From an uncultured Candidatus Saccharibacteria bacterium (GTDB lineage Bacteria > Patescibacteriota > Minisyncoccia > Minisyncoccales > JANBVM01): DNA of 64,000 nucleotides. Under the pieces are notes generated by a model. That model saw only the letters and a list, made by a program, of their open reading frames with translations. It did no database searches and had not been told where the DNA came from. Numbering within the stretch: the first letter of the stretch is position 1; each line of letters begins with the position of its first letter. Shown piece after piece: positions 9,405 through 19,717 of the stretch. The stretch covers positions 8,197 to 72,196 of the forward strand of contig CAYSZX010000001.1 in NCBI GenBank assembly GCA_964435835.1. Direction: 5' to 3'. Both the position numbers and the translations under genes were made by a program.

Positions 9405-10441
9405 ACAAATTTCCTTAAATGCTTAGCAGCTTCTTCCGGTTCAATGACCGAAATTTCCATTTGAGTTCCTAACTCGAAACCAGCCAACTGTCCTGTTTTA
9501 GGGGCTATAGTTAAATGCCAGTGGTAAAAAGAATAATCTTTTCCGTCACAAGGAGCAGTATGTAACCAAAAGTTGTAAGGAGGATCAGATAATCCTTCAT
9601 TCAAAGATCGAGAAACTTTTTGAGCAACATCAGCCAAAGCCTTCTTTTCTTCTTCCGTCATCTCTTCAAAATTAGATAAATGTTCTTTAGGAGTAATAAT
9701 TACTTGGAAAGCAGCTTTTGAAGCAAAAGGGCAAAGAGCCAAAAAAGAATCATTTTCATAAACAATTCTCTTTTTAATTTTCATTTCCCATTTAATCATT
9801 TCACAATAAGGACACTTTCCTTCTTCCTCATAATATTTCCCTGCATTAACAAGAGCACTTTTCAAATCAACATCAATCAATGGAGTAGTAATAATTTGTA
9901 AATGAGGATGGGGCTGAGAAGCACCTGCTTCTAAACCATAATTCTGAAAAATAGAAATATAATTTACAAAAGGTTTTTCCATTAAGTCTAAATATCTTTG
10001 CTGACAAGAATCTATTAAAAATTCAAATTCCTTTAAGCTAAAATCAGGCATATTCTTTTTGTGATCTTTAGGGATCACCAATTCACAATGACCAACTGCA
10101 TCTATTTTCTCATAAAATTCACCTTCTTTTTCTCTATTTAAAGTATCACTAGGTAATAAAGCCGGATAAAGGTTAGGAATAACTACTAATGACCAATCAT
10201 CAGGAATTCCTTTCTCTAAAGGAACCCTTCCTTTTTTATCATAGATTAAAAGAGGATCTTTTTGTGTTTTAATATTACAAAAAGGACAATCTTTTTCTTT
10301 CATTTTAGACTTCTTCCTTTTTTGTTTTGAAAAAGCCTTAGGTTTTTTTGCTCTTCCCTTAGCAATAATAACCCAATCATGAGAAATCAAATCCTTTCTT
10401 AATTCTGAAGGAAATTCCTTGTTATTCTTCTTTTTGGTCAT
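9401..10441 (-). CDS. galT: Galactose-1-phosphate uridylyltransferase (HIT-like GalT family)
   Basis: ELRKD....WVIIA..R, CPFC, PNLYPAL, N.G..AGASQPHPH.Q, YHWH, AGFELG. Confidence 0.88.
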   Translation of the reverse strand: MTKKKNNKEFPSELRKDLISHDWVIIAKGRAKKPKAFSKQKRKKSKMKEKDCPFCNIKTQKDPLLIYDKKGRVPLEKGIPDDWSLVVIPNLYPALLPSDTLNREKEGEFYEKIDAVGHCELVIPKDHKKNMPDFSLKEFEFLIDSCQQRYLDLMEKPFVNYISIFQNYGLEAGASQPHPHLQIITTPLIDVDLKSALVNAGKYYEEEGKCPYCEMIKWEMKIKKRIVYENDSFLALCPFASKAAFQVIITPKEHLSNFEEMTEEEKKALADVAQKVSRSLNEGLSDPPYNFWLHTAPCDGKDYSFYHWHLTIAPKTGQLAGFELGTQMEISVIEPEEAAKHLRKFV

Positions 10442-11162
10442 AAATTCCTTTAATTATATTTAATCTTATTTTTAATAAGTCTAAACCCATTTTAATCATA
10501 TTATCAAAACCAACTGTACTACCAGCTTCATCATACCAAGTAACAGGTACTTCTTTTATTTTAAAACCCATTTTCTTAGCAATAATTAATAATTCAACAT
10601 CAAAAGCAAAACCATCAATTTTACATAAAGGAACTACCTTTTCAGCACATTCTTTAGTAAACCCTTTAAAGCCACATTGAGTATCCCAAATACCCCATAA
10701 ACCACTAAGAAGCTGAACCATTAAATTGAAAATATCTCCTACTCTTTCCCTCCACCAGCTTTGACGAACAGGTATTTCTGCCCCTTCAATATCTCTAGAA
10801 CCAATCACTAAATCATATCCTTTCTTAAAATAAGGAAACATTTTTTCTACATGGTCTACCGAAGTAGAATTATCAGCATCCATGAAAACTCTATACTTCC
10901 CTTCACTTTCTAACAATCCCTGTTTAACAACATAACCTTTACCATGATTTTCTTTATTATCTATTAATCTCAAGTTATCAATTTCTTCCATTAAATTATT
11001 TACAACTTGAGCTGTATTATCCTTAGAACCATCATTAACAACAATAATCTCCGAATTATAAGATTGTTTTTTCAAATAATTTGAAATCTTTTTTAAAGTT
11101 TCAGGAATTCTTTTTTCTTCATTATAGGCTGGTATTACAACCGAAAGATTTATTTTTTTCAT
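10422..11162 (-). CDS. GT2 polyprenyl/dolichyl-phosphate beta-glycosyltransferase
   Basis: SVVIPAYNE, VNDGSKD, N.GKG..V..G, FMDAD, DTQCGFK, F.FDVELL. Confidence 0.88.
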   Translation of the reverse strand: MKKINLSVVIPAYNEEKRIPETLKKISNYLKKQSYNSEIIVVNDGSKDNTAQVVNNLMEEIDNLRLIDNKENHGKGYVVKQGLLESEGKYRVFMDADNSTSVDHVEKMFPYFKKGYDLVIGSRDIEGAEIPVRQSWWRERVGDIFNLMVQLLSGLWGIWDTQCGFKGFTKECAEKVVPLCKIDGFAFDVELLIIAKKMGFKIKEVPVTWYDEAGSTVGFDNMIKMGLDLLKIRLNIIKGIYDQKEE

Positions 11163-11390
11163 CTTTAATTTTTAATTATTTTTAGTTATATTTTCTATTT
11201 TAATAATCTTAATAACTTAGTTTTATTTTACTATAAAAAATAGTTTTTATCCAAATTATTATTAAAATAAAAAGTAATTTAGATAAAAATAAATCTAAAT
11301 TACAAAAAACACCAAAAAAGAGCAGAGAAAATTACTAAATTAGAACCTTATAAAAAAGAAAATTCAAATAAAATAAACCCTCAATGAATC

Positions 11391-12065
11391 TCATCTACAT
11401 AATTGCCTTCTATCCCAATCAATATGCTCTTCTGATACATAACAATGATCCAAACAACAATAACAGTACGGTGCATTATCATCAACTACTGTGCCATCGC
11501 CCGCTTCACAGCCTCCGTAAGTCTCTCCTGGTTCGCAGTACCAATCAAAGCTATTATTAGCACAACCAGGCACATTTGTTTCTGTCCCACCCTGTGTTGC
11601 GTCTGACATCCATCCTTTTCCAGCAGAGCAGTCGCTACCATAGGCTGGAGGACAATAATTATATCCTTTTGCCGTCCACCGATGGTCTATAGACCCATTA
11701 CAATTCAAATCCCAGTTACCACCACAATTAGAAGAACGATAAGAGGTGCCTGTATAAGCATGACTACAACTCTCAACATCTCCTGGCCAATTGTTGCGTA
11801 GTGTATCTGATTCATCCTTCGAAGCAGTTGGGGCAAACATATCATAATTAGGGTTTTCTCCATCTAAATAGTAAACATCATAATTACTTCCTGATACGTA
11901 ATTAGTACTAGTTATTATACAAAGATCAGTTGATCCTTTTGTTATTCGCCAACCTCCTGTCCTTGATCCAGAAGCCTTCGCTGCAAAAACATTTATAAAG
12001 CCAAAAAAAGAAATCATTAACAAAACACCAAATATTGAAAAAAAGTAAGTAGTTTTATTATTCAT
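11391..12065 (-). CDS. Secreted cysteine-rich hypothetical protein
   Basis: Signal peptide ending VFA; 14 Cys in mature region; visibly higher GC than flanks. Confidence 0.7.
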   Translation of the reverse strand: MNNKTTYFFSIFGVLLMISFFGFINVFAAKASGSRTGGWRITKGSTDLCIITSTNYVSGSNYDVYYLDGENPNYDMFAPTASKDESDTLRNNWPGDVESCSHAYTGTSYRSSNCGGNWDLNCNGSIDHRWTAKGYNYCPPAYGSDCSAGKGWMSDATQGGTETNVPGCANNSFDWYCEPGETYGGCEAGDGTVVDDNAPYCYCCLDHCYVSEEHIDWDRRQLCR

Positions 12066-12079
12066 ATTTTAATAATTTT

Positions 12080-12790
12080 TTATTTTTCTATTAATAATCC
12101 GTCTCCCTGAATTTTTGGTTCTGAAGGTTCTCCTTCCCATTTACCATTCATAACTATTTCTTTAAGCTCTTCTATATCAGAATTATTAATTATATAAATA
12201 CAAGACTCTCCTTTAAAATAAATCCTGGGTTCTGTTTCTCTTTCAATTATAACAGAATCATAACCAGGAATATCAATATCTTCTACTTTAACATCTGGTT
12301 GATTAACAGCCATTAATAATTTCTCTACCCATGTTTTAAGATTTACATCATCTGAAATTTCATTTTCAAATTTTGTAATTCTAAGTAATTCATCGGAATC
12401 CTGTCTAAAGATGAAGGTTGAAAAAAGAATATATTGCTCAAAACCATGAGGTCCCTCATACACAATTCTCTCTACTCCTTCCCAGTCTTTTGGCAAAACA
12501 AAACTATAATTACCAAATTCGCTTGATAAAAACAAATCCCCATTTTCACGCGGAGTTACCGTTATTTCTTCAGGATTATTTTTTTGAGAAATATTATAAA
12601 CATTTTCGTCTTCAGACTCTTCCTGATTATTAATCACCTCTTGCAGAGATTCTTCATCTTCATCTTTAACCCCCCTTAAATCTAAAACAAAATTACTAAT
12701 CTCATTCTGATATTTCCAAGAAAAATAACCTATTGTAGAGAAAATAATAACTATTATTAAGAGAGCGCCAATTTGTTTTTTATTTAACAT
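12080..12790 (-). CDS. Membrane-anchored hypothetical protein, possible PsbP-like fold
   Basis: N-terminal TM, acidic linker, GNYSFVLPKDW motif. Confidence 0.55.
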   Translation of the reverse strand: MLNKKQIGALLIIVIIFSTIGYFSWKYQNEISNFVLDLRGVKDEDEESLQEVINNQEESEDENVYNISQKNNPEEITVTPRENGDLFLSSEFGNYSFVLPKDWEGVERIVYEGPHGFEQYILFSTFIFRQDSDELLRITKFENEISDDVNLKTWVEKLLMAVNQPDVKVEDIDIPGYDSVIIERETEPRIYFKGESCIYIINNSDIEELKEIVMNGKWEGEPSEPKIQGDGLLIEK

Positions 12791-12840
12791 ATTTCAAATA
12801 TTTTCAATTTTCTTTATTAAATAATTATACCAAAAAAACA

Positions 12841-12868
12841 AAAAAAGGGAAATTATATTCCCCTTTCT
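12841..12868 (-). terminator. Intrinsic terminator after map
   Basis: Minus strand aaaggggaa-tataat-ttccctttttt. Confidence 0.55.
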
Positions 12869-12898
12869 ATATTTTTTCCATTATTATTCATTAAAAAC

Positions 12899-13645
12899 TT
12901 AATTAAGTTTAGTAACAACTTCAGCCTTACCATCCACAATAGCAATTAAATGCTCAAAATGAGCAGACAAACTACCATCTTTGGTTATAAAAGAACCATT
13001 TTCAGCTTGTTCTATTTCTCCGCTTCCTATCGTCAACATTGGTTCTAAACAAAAAGTCATTCCTTCTTTAATTTTTTCTCCAGAACGTCTAACTCCGTAA
13101 TTTAAAATCTCCGGATCTTCATGTAAACCTATTCCAATTCCATGACCACATAAATTTTTAGCCACCCCATATCCCTGCCCTTCAGCATATCTTTGAATAG
13201 TATTAGAAACATCACCAAAAGTATTCCCTACTTTTGATTTTTTAATTCCTCTTTTTAAAGCTTTTTTAGTACATTTAATTAATCTTCTGGCTTTATGACT
13301 TATTTCCCCAACCGGCAAAGTAATAGCCATATCAGAATAATAACCATCTAAGATTACTCCTCCATCAATAGAAACAATATCTCCTTTTTTTAACTTTCTT
13401 TCTGAAGGAATTCCGTGAACAATTTCCTCGTTTATTGAAATACACAAAGTAGCAGGAAAATCATTATAACCTTTAAAAGCAGGCTTTCCGCCTGCTTCAA
13501 GAATAAAATCTTCTGCAAAATTATCTAAAACTTTAGTTACAACTCCTGGTTCAACCAAGTCAGGCATTTTTTTCATTACTCCTACTAAAATAGAAGCTGA
13601 TTTTCTGATCTTTTCAATTTCTTCAGGAGTCTTAATAACAATCAT
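12899..13645 (-). CDS. map: Methionine aminopeptidase type I
   Basis: CISINEEIVHGIP, DGYYSD.A, GHGIG..LHEDP, EPM, SAHFEH. Confidence 0.97.
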   Translation of the reverse strand: MIVIKTPEEIEKIRKSASILVGVMKKMPDLVEPGVVTKVLDNFAEDFILEAGGKPAFKGYNDFPATLCISINEEIVHGIPSERKLKKGDIVSIDGGVILDGYYSDMAITLPVGEISHKARRLIKCTKKALKRGIKKSKVGNTFGDVSNTIQRYAEGQGYGVAKNLCGHGIGIGLHEDPEILNYGVRRSGEKIKEGMTFCLEPMLTIGSGEIEQAENGSFITKDGSLSAHFEHLIAIVDGKAEVVTKLN

Positions 13646-14295
13646 TTAATAGTTTTTAAAACCTCTTCAAAAACATCTTCAATACTTTGTTCGCCTTCAA
13701 CTCTAATTAATTTACCTTCTTCTTTAAAAGAATCAATAACTGGTTGAACGTCTGTTTTAAACCATCCTAGTCTGGTTTTTACCCCTTCAACATCATCATC
13801 TTCTCTGGTCATCAATTCACCACCACAATAAGGACATTTTTCCATTTCCTTAAATTCACCAACATAAGGAATTGTTTTTCCACATTTCTGACAAGTTCTT
13901 CTTTTAGTTAAACGATTAATTGCTTCTTCTTCTGAAATATCAACTAAAAGAACTCTTGTGTCCTCAGCCCATTCATACCAATTTAAAGACTTTTCAATTA
14001 AGGTTTTTTCTAAAAGACTTCTTGGACTTCCATCAATAACCAAACCCTTAATATTTTCATTCTTAAATTCTTCAAACTTATCTATCCATAATTTAGCAAT
14101 AACCGGAGTAGGAACTCTATTCCCCCCATCAATAACTTCACCAATCTTATTCCCAGTAAAATCACCTTTCTTTTTACGAGCTCTCAATAAATCACCACTT
14201 CCTAAATATTCATAACCAAGCTTTTCAACTAAAAGTTTAGCCTGAGTTCCTTTACCCGAACCTGGTAAACCCAACAAAACAATTACTTTTTCCAT
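13642..14295 (-). CDS. adk: Adenylate kinase (Zn-lid type)
   Basis: GLPGSGKGTQA, SGDLLR, IDGSPR, CQKC...CPYCGG.L..REDD; secY-adk-map order. Confidence 0.95.
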   Translation of the reverse strand: MEKVIVLLGLPGSGKGTQAKLLVEKLGYEYLGSGDLLRARKKKGDFTGNKIGEVIDGGNRVPTPVIAKLWIDKFEEFKNENIKGLVIDGSPRSLLEKTLIEKSLNWYEWAEDTRVLLVDISEEEAINRLTKRRTCQKCGKTIPYVGEFKEMEKCPYCGGELMTREDDDVEGVKTRLGWFKTDVQPVIDSFKEEGKLIRVEGEQSIEDVFEEVLKTIK

Positions 14296-14303
14296 AAATT
14301 TAT

Positions 14304-15581
14304 TTAAAATGTTTCATAATTTCTCATTTCTAATTGAGATTCAATTTCATTCTTGAAGTCCAAAACTACAGACACAAGAATAATAATTGATGTTCCCCCA
14401 ATTAAAAAGTCAAAAGCAGTAATTCCGGTTACTGCCTGAACCAAAGTAGGCATAATAGCAATCAAAGATAAGAATAAAGCTCCAAAAGGTAAAACTCTAT
14501 TTAAAATAAATTCTAAATGTTTAGCCGTTTCTTTACCTGGTCTAATACCAGGAATAAAACCACCCATTTGTTTTAAATTTTCAGAAATAGATTCTGGATC
14601 AAAAGTAATTAAAGTATAGAAATAAGTAAATAAGAAAATTAAAACAAAATACATTGACTTATTAATCCAAGGATTATTAAAGAAATCAGCCATTGTTTGA
14701 GAAGCAGTTCCTAAAACTCCCTCCCTATTGCTTAATAAGCTAGCAATCATTGAAGGAAAAGTTAAAACCGATAAAGCAAAAATAATAGGAATAACTCCAG
14801 CCGGATTAACACTAATTGGTAAATAAGTAGAAGCTCCTCCCCTAACAGTTCTCCCTCTTACTCTTTTAGCATAAGAAACAGGAACATTTCTCCTGGCCTC
14901 ATTAACTACTACGACAGCAGTAATAACTACCATACTAGCTATAAAGAAAATAATATAAGAAACTAATTGATCAACAGTAAATCCAGCAATTAACTGACCA
15001 ACATTTCTAGGAAAATCAGCAATAATACCAGCAAAAATTAAAAGTGAAACTCCATTACCAATTCCCTTTTCAGAAATTAATTCTCCCAACCACATCAAAA
15101 CAATACTTCCTGTTGTTATTGTTACAATCGTACTAAGCGTTTCCAAAAAAACTAGTTCTCCGATAATCTCCTGTCTTTTTAATAAAGAAAGCATAGCAAA
15201 AGATTGTAATAAAGCTAAAGGAACAGCTGCCACTCTCCCTATCTGCTCAAATTTTCTTTTACCTTCCTCTCCCTGTTCTTTATACATTTCTTCCAATTTA
15301 GGAAAAATCATAGTTAATAATTGAAGAATAATAGTAGCGGTAATATAAGGACCAACACCCAACATAACAATAGAAAGTTTTTCTAAAGCTCCTCCCGTAA
15401 AAATATTCATCAATCCTAAAACTTCATATTGTTCAAACAAAACTTTTAACCCCTCGGTATCAACTCCAGGAATAGGAATATTAGCCATTATTCTAAAAAC
15501 GGCAAAAACACCTAAAACAAATAAGATTTTATTCCTTAGGTCTTTTATTTTAAAAACTCGACTGATTCTTTCAAAAGCCAT
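14304..15581 (-). CDS. secY: Preprotein translocase SecY
   Basis: IPIPG, LGVGPYITA.II.QLL, GIGNGVSLLIFAGI, AGVIPIIFA, GGFIPGIRPG..T, GGTS. Confidence 0.98.
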   Translation of the reverse strand: MAFERISRVFKIKDLRNKILFVLGVFAVFRIMANIPIPGVDTEGLKVLFEQYEVLGLMNIFTGGALEKLSIVMLGVGPYITATIILQLLTMIFPKLEEMYKEQGEEGKRKFEQIGRVAAVPLALLQSFAMLSLLKRQEIIGELVFLETLSTIVTITTGSIVLMWLGELISEKGIGNGVSLLIFAGIIADFPRNVGQLIAGFTVDQLVSYIIFFIASMVVITAVVVVNEARRNVPVSYAKRVRGRTVRGGASTYLPISVNPAGVIPIIFALSVLTFPSMIASLLSNREGVLGTASQTMADFFNNPWINKSMYFVLIFLFTYFYTLITFDPESISENLKQMGGFIPGIRPGKETAKHLEFILNRVLPFGALFLSLIAIMPTLVQAVTGITAFDFLIGGTSIIILVSVVLDFKNEIESQLEMRNYETF

Positions 15582-15583
15582 AA

Positions 15584-16009
15584 TTACTGAATTTTACCTT
15601 TTGCTTTTTTAATCTTCTCCTCAGCACTTTCAGAAAACTGACAATCTTTAACTGTTAATTTCTTAGTTAATCTTCCTACTCCTAATATTTTAACTTTAAA
15701 GTCTTCTCCTTTACGAGCATCAACTAATCCTTTTTCTCTCAAAGTTTCAGGAGAAACAATATCTCCTTCTTCAAAATAACGTTCTAAATCCTTTATATTA
15801 ACAGTATAAGGTTTTTTCTTTACCGGTTTAAATTGATAACCTCTTAGCTTATGATATTTTTTAAATAATTCTCTAATCCGAGGAGCATGTTTTCTGGTTC
15901 CCGCTCTTTCTCCTTGTCCTTTTACACCTTTCCCTGCATAGGTATCACCCCGACCTAGTCTTTTAGGTTTTTTTGGTTTATGTTTTGGTTGTAATTGATG
16001 TAATTGCAT
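15584..16009 (-). CDS. rplO: 50S ribosomal protein uL15
   Basis: RLGRG..AGKG.KGQ..RAG, KILG.G.L.KKL.V. Confidence 0.95.
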   Translation of the reverse strand: MQLHQLQPKHKPKKPKRLGRGDTYAGKGVKGQGERAGTRKHAPRIRELFKKYHKLRGYQFKPVKKKPYTVNIKDLERYFEEGDIVSPETLREKGLVDARKGEDFKVKILGVGRLTKKLTVKDCQFSESAEEKIKKAKGKIQ

Positions 16010-16011
16010 AT

Positions 16012-16545
16012 TTATTTCTTAGATTCTTTCTTCTTTTTAACTTTCTTTTTCTTTACTACTTTTTCTTTTGGCTTTCTTAACTTCTTAAAAGCTTTAATAA
16101 CTGCCCGAGCGTTATTTAATTTATTACTAGTCCCTCCTAAAACTTTAGAAGAAATATCTTCTATTCCAACTAAGTTACACATTATTCTAACTGTTCCTCC
16201 AGCCACTAATCCTCTTTTCTTTCTTTGAGGTTTTAATAAAACCCTGGCTGCACTATACTTAGCTTCTACTTGATGAGGAATAGTTCCGTCAACAATTGGT
16301 ACTTCAATCATATTCTTTTCTGCTTTTCTGCTTGCCTTTCCAATTCCCTTAGCCACATCAGAACCAGAAGCCACCCCAACTCCAATCTTACCATTATGAT
16401 CTCCTAAAACCATAACTGCTCTAAAACTTAATCTTCTACCCCCTTCTCTAGTATGAGCTACTCTGGCCAAATCTAAAAGTTTGGAATCATATTTCCTTTT
16501 TTTCCTTTTATTGTATTTTTTCTTTTTTCTCCCTTTTTTTGCCAT
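16012..16545 (-). CDS. rpsE: 30S ribosomal protein uS5
   Basis: GGRRLSFRA, GDHNGKIGVG, TIPH.V, AGG.VR; Lys-rich ends. Confidence 0.97.
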   Translation of the reverse strand: MAKKGRKKKKYNKRKKRKYDSKLLDLARVAHTREGGRRLSFRAVMVLGDHNGKIGVGVASGSDVAKGIGKASRKAEKNMIEVPIVDGTIPHQVEAKYSAARVLLKPQRKKRGLVAGGTVRIMCNLVGIEDISSKVLGGTSNKLNNARAVIKAFKKLRKPKEKVVKKKKVKKKKESKK

Positions 16546-16547
16546 AA

Positions 16548-16916
16548 TTAAAATTCTAATCCACCGGAACGAGCTCCTTCAGCTAGAGCTTTAACTCTTC
16601 CGTGGTATTTATAACCTGCTCTGTCAAAAACAACTTCTTTAATTTTTAACTTCTTTCCTCTTTTAGCAATTAATTCACCAACTGAATAAGCTTTAGCCTG
16701 TTTCGCAGATAAATCTTTCTTTTTAGAAGCCTTAACTTCAATATCATTAGCAGAAGCTAAAGTTTTTCCAGTTTCATCGTTAACTAATTGAGCATAAATA
16801 TGACGATTAGAGCGGAAAATACAAAGTCTTGGTCGATCCTTAGTTCCGTTAATTCGTCCTCTAATCTTTCTATGCCTCTTTTTCCTATTTTCAATTTTCT
16901 TTTTTCTATTACTCAT
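16548..16916 (-). CDS. rplR: 50S ribosomal protein uL18
   Basis: RPRL.IFRSNRHIYAQ, VFDRAGYKYHGRVKALAEGAR. Confidence 0.97.
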   Translation of the reverse strand: MSNRKKKIENRKKRHRKIRGRINGTKDRPRLCIFRSNRHIYAQLVNDETGKTLASANDIEVKASKKKDLSAKQAKAYSVGELIAKRGKKLKIKEVVFDRAGYKYHGRVKALAEGARSGGLEF

Positions 16917-16925
16917 AATAAATTA

Positions 16926-17480
16926 TTAAATTCCCATTGCTCCCTCCTCAGCTACTCTCTTACCAACCTTTCTTCTAACTTCCTCACCAAGATATCTAAT
17001 TCCTTTCCCCTTATAAGGTTCAGGAGGTTTAACTTTTCTAATTTGAGCAGCTCGCAAACCAACCTTTTGTTTATCAATTCCAGAGACAGTAATAATGTTT
17101 CCTTTAACTTCCATTTTAACTCCTTCCATTGGTTCAATTTCAACCGGATGACTAAAACCAACTAATAAAACTAACTTATCACCTTTCATATTAGCCTTGT
17201 AGCCCAATCCCTGAATCTTTAATTTCTTTTCATAACCCTCAACTACTCCTTCTATCATGTTAGCTATTAAAGCCCTGCTTAACCCCCAATAAGCACCAGT
17301 CTTTTTATCACTACTATTAGGAGAAACAATGACTTCATTGTCTTTTTTCTCAACTTTAACCTCAGGTCGAACTTCCTTTGAAAGTTCGCCTTTTGGTCCT
17401 TTAACTGTCACTTTCCTATCTTCCACCTTGACTTCAACTCCAGATGGAATACTAATTGGTTTTTTACCTACTCTACTCAT
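16926..17480 (-). CDS. rplF: 50S ribosomal protein uL6
   Basis: MSRVGKKPI, GPKGEL, PPEPYKGKGIRY. Confidence 0.98.
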   Translation of the reverse strand: MSRVGKKPISIPSGVEVKVEDRKVTVKGPKGELSKEVRPEVKVEKKDNEVIVSPNSSDKKTGAYWGLSRALIANMIEGVVEGYEKKLKIQGLGYKANMKGDKLVLLVGFSHPVEIEPMEGVKMEVKGNIITVSGIDKQKVGLRAAQIRKVKPPEPYKGKGIRYLGEEVRRKVGKRVAEEGAMGI

Positions 17481-17486
17481 AATTTA

Positions 17487-17873
17487 TTACCATATTTTAC
17501 ATAATAATTCTCCTCCCAAATTTTTTCTTTTTGCTTCCTGGCCAGTCATTACTCCTTGGGAAGTAGAAATAATCATAATTCCAAATCCTCCTCTCACTCT
17601 CCTAATTCGTTGATTATTAATATAAATTCTTTGACCTTGTTTAGAAACTTTCTTTAAACCTCGAATAAAAGGTTTACCATCCTTATACTCTATCTCTACT
17701 TCAATCGTTTTCTTTAATTTTCTTCCTTTTTTCTTTAAATCTTTAATAAAACCTTTTCTTTTTAAAACTTTCAAAACATCCCATACCAAAGAGGAAAAGG
17801 GAATTCTAACCTTCTCTTTTGAAACTGCTTGTCCATTCCTGATTAAAGTTAAAGCGTTTGCTACAGTATCCAT
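17487..17873 (-). CDS. rpsH: 30S ribosomal protein uS8
   Basis: MDTVANALT.IRN, SKQGQRIY, ISTSQGVMT..EA....GGE; start at MDT (17873). Confidence 0.96.
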   Translation of the reverse strand: MDTVANALTLIRNGQAVSKEKVRIPFSSLVWDVLKVLKRKGFIKDLKKKGRKLKKTIEVEIEYKDGKPFIRGLKKVSKQGQRIYINNQRIRRVRGGFGIMIISTSQGVMTGQEAKRKNLGGELLCKIW

Positions 17874-17875
17874 AT

Positions 17876-18061
17876 TTACCAACTACTTTTAGTTACGCCT
17901 GGTATTTGACCTTTATTGGCTAACTCACGAAAACAAATTCGACATAAGCCAAATTTTCTCATAAAGGCTCTTCTTCTTCCACACCTAAAACAGCGATCAT
18001 TTTTTCTGCTCTTAAATTTCGGCTCTCTTTTTGCTTTTGCTATGCGTGATTTTTTTGCCAT
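17876..18061 (-). CDS. rpsN: 30S ribosomal protein uS14, Zn-binding type Z
   Basis: RC..CGR.R...[23 protein letters not shown], 61 aa. Confidence 0.97.
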   Translation of the reverse strand: MAKKSRIAKAKREPKFKSRKNDRCFRCGRRRAFMRKFGLCRICFRELANKGQIPGVTKSSW

Positions 18062-18062
18062 T

Positions 18063-18632
18063 TTATTCTTCTTTATCTTTTTTAAATGGAAAACCCATTA
18101 ATCTTAATAATTCTAAACCCTTTTCCTGGTCATAAGTCGTAGTTACTATTGTTATCTCCATTCCAAACGAACGCCATACTTCTTCCGGTAAAATTTCAGG
18201 AAAAGAAACCTGTTCCTTAATTCCAATAGTTAAGTTGCCCTCTTTATCAACGGAACTTAATTCTAAACCTTCAAAATCTCTTGTTCTAGGTAAAACAACA
18301 TGAATTAGTCTTATCAAAAAATCTCTCATTTTTTGTTCTCTTAAAACAACCTTTAATCCAGCGAGCATTCCTTTGCGGATTTTAAATCCAGAAATAGATT
18401 TCTTGACCTTAGTAACAATTGGCTTTTGACCAGTAATTTTAGCTAAATCCTGAGAAATAGACTCAACTGCTTTTTTAGTTTGACCAGAACTCATTTCTGC
18501 AATCATTTTTCCAATTCCGACATTAACTACAACCTTACTTATTTTTGGCACAGCCATTTCACTTGTCAAGTCAAACTTTTTCTTCATTTCCGGGATAACT
18601 TCCTTTTTATATTTTTTCTTTAAAGATATCAT
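18063..18632 (-). CDS. rplE: 50S ribosomal protein uL5
   Basis: [34 protein letters not shown]. Confidence 0.97.
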   Translation of the reverse strand: MISLKKKYKKEVIPEMKKKFDLTSEMAVPKISKVVVNVGIGKMIAEMSSGQTKKAVESISQDLAKITGQKPIVTKVKKSISGFKIRKGMLAGLKVVLREQKMRDFLIRLIHVVLPRTRDFEGLELSSVDKEGNLTIGIKEQVSFPEILPEEVWRSFGMEITIVTTTYDQEKGLELLRLMGFPFKKDKEE

Positions 18633-18937
18633 AGTTTTTTATCACATTTTTTACAAATACGATACTTGTCGCCTTTTTTATCAAAATCATAACCAACTCT
18701 AGTTTTCTTTTTACAATGAGGACAAATCATAGCTACATTAGAAATATCCATTTTAGCTGGCATTTGAACAATCTGTCCTTTTTCACCTCTTTTTTGAGGT
18801 CTCTGATGCTTTTTAATCAAGTTGGCACCTTCAACAATCACTTTTCCTTCTTTAGGAAAAGACTTTAAAACCTTTCCAGTCTTGTTTCTATCTTTACCAG
18901 TCGTTATTAAAACTTTGTCTCCTTTTTTAATCTTCAT
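18629..18937 (-). CDS. rplX: 50S ribosomal protein uL24
   Basis: IKKGD.V.I.TGKD..K.GKV KOW motif, SNV..ICPHC...CKKC. Confidence 0.97.
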   Translation of the reverse strand: MKIKKGDKVLITTGKDRNKTGKVLKSFPKEGKVIVEGANLIKKHQRPQKRGEKGQIVQMPAKMDISNVAMICPHCKKKTRVGYDFDKKGDKYRICKKCDKKL

Positions 18938-19302
18938 ACTATTTCATTAGCTAAAGCTGCTACTTCATAAAAACCTTTTTGCTTAATTTCTCGAGCAATA
19001 GGGCCAATAATTCTTCCCCCTTTAGGTTTATTGTTTTTTTCTAAGATAACACAACCATTATCACTAAACCTAATGTAGGAACCATTCTTTCTGCGATATT
19101 CTTTCTTTTGTCGAACAATTAAAGCCCTCACTACATCATGAGTTTTAACATCTTTTCGAGGCATTGCCTTTTTAACAGCTCCAATAATGATATCCCCCAA
19201 ACGAGCATATCTTTTTCTAGTACTGCCAAGAACGTGAATGCATTCAATTTCTTTAGCACCACTATTATCAACAACTTTTAATCTGGTTCCTAATTGAATC
19301 AT
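18934..19302 (-). CDS. rplN: 50S ribosomal protein uL14
   Basis: MIQ..T.L.V.DNSGAK, IRF.DN, GPIARE. Confidence 0.98.
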   Translation of the reverse strand: MIQLGTRLKVVDNSGAKEIECIHVLGSTRKRYARLGDIIIGAVKKAMPRKDVKTHDVVRALIVRQKKEYRRKNGSYIRFSDNGCVILEKNNKPKGGRIIGPIAREIKQKGFYEVAALANEIV

Positions 19303-19532
19303 AATTTATAAATTACTCTCCATTTTTTATCTTTTGAAATTGGCCGACACTCTTCAATAACAACCCTATCACCTATCTTACATTCTTCTATTTCATCATG
19401 AGCTTTGTATTTCTTGTGAACCTTGAAACTTTTAAAATACTTAGGATGCTGAATGATTCTTGCTATCCTGACTACTACTGTTTTGTCCATTTTGTCGGAG
19501 ATTACAACTCCTCTTAATTGTTTTTTAGGCAT
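19299..19532 (-). CDS. rpsQ: 30S ribosomal protein uS17
   Basis: [31 protein letters not shown]. Confidence 0.97.
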   Translation of the reverse strand: MPKKQLRGVVISDKMDKTVVVRIARIIQHPKYFKSFKVHKKYKAHDEIEECKIGDRVVIEECRPISKDKKWRVIYKL

Positions 19533-19534
19533 AA

Positions 19535-19717
19535 TTATTTCTGATTAATTACAGTTAATATTCTAGCAATATCTTTTTTGGTTTTCTTAATCTGGCTGCC
19601 ATCTTTTAATTTCCTAACGGCTAAACTAAAGCGTAGTTTTCTTAATTCATTTCTTTGCTCCTGCAATTCTGATTGCAACTCTTTTTTAGATTTTTTTCTT
19701 AATTTATCTATTTTCAT
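19535..19717 (-). CDS. rpmC: 50S ribosomal protein uL29
   Basis: [20 protein letters not shown]; between rplP and rpsQ. Confidence 0.95.
   Translation of the reverse strand: MKIDKLRKKSKKELQSELQEQRNELRKLRFSLAVRKLKDGSQIKKTKKDIARILTVINQK

Noticed and set aside
11163-11390. Very AT-rich spacer as possible origin, ncRNA or small ORF
   Set aside because: No DnaA-box cluster, stable structure or credible ORF seen
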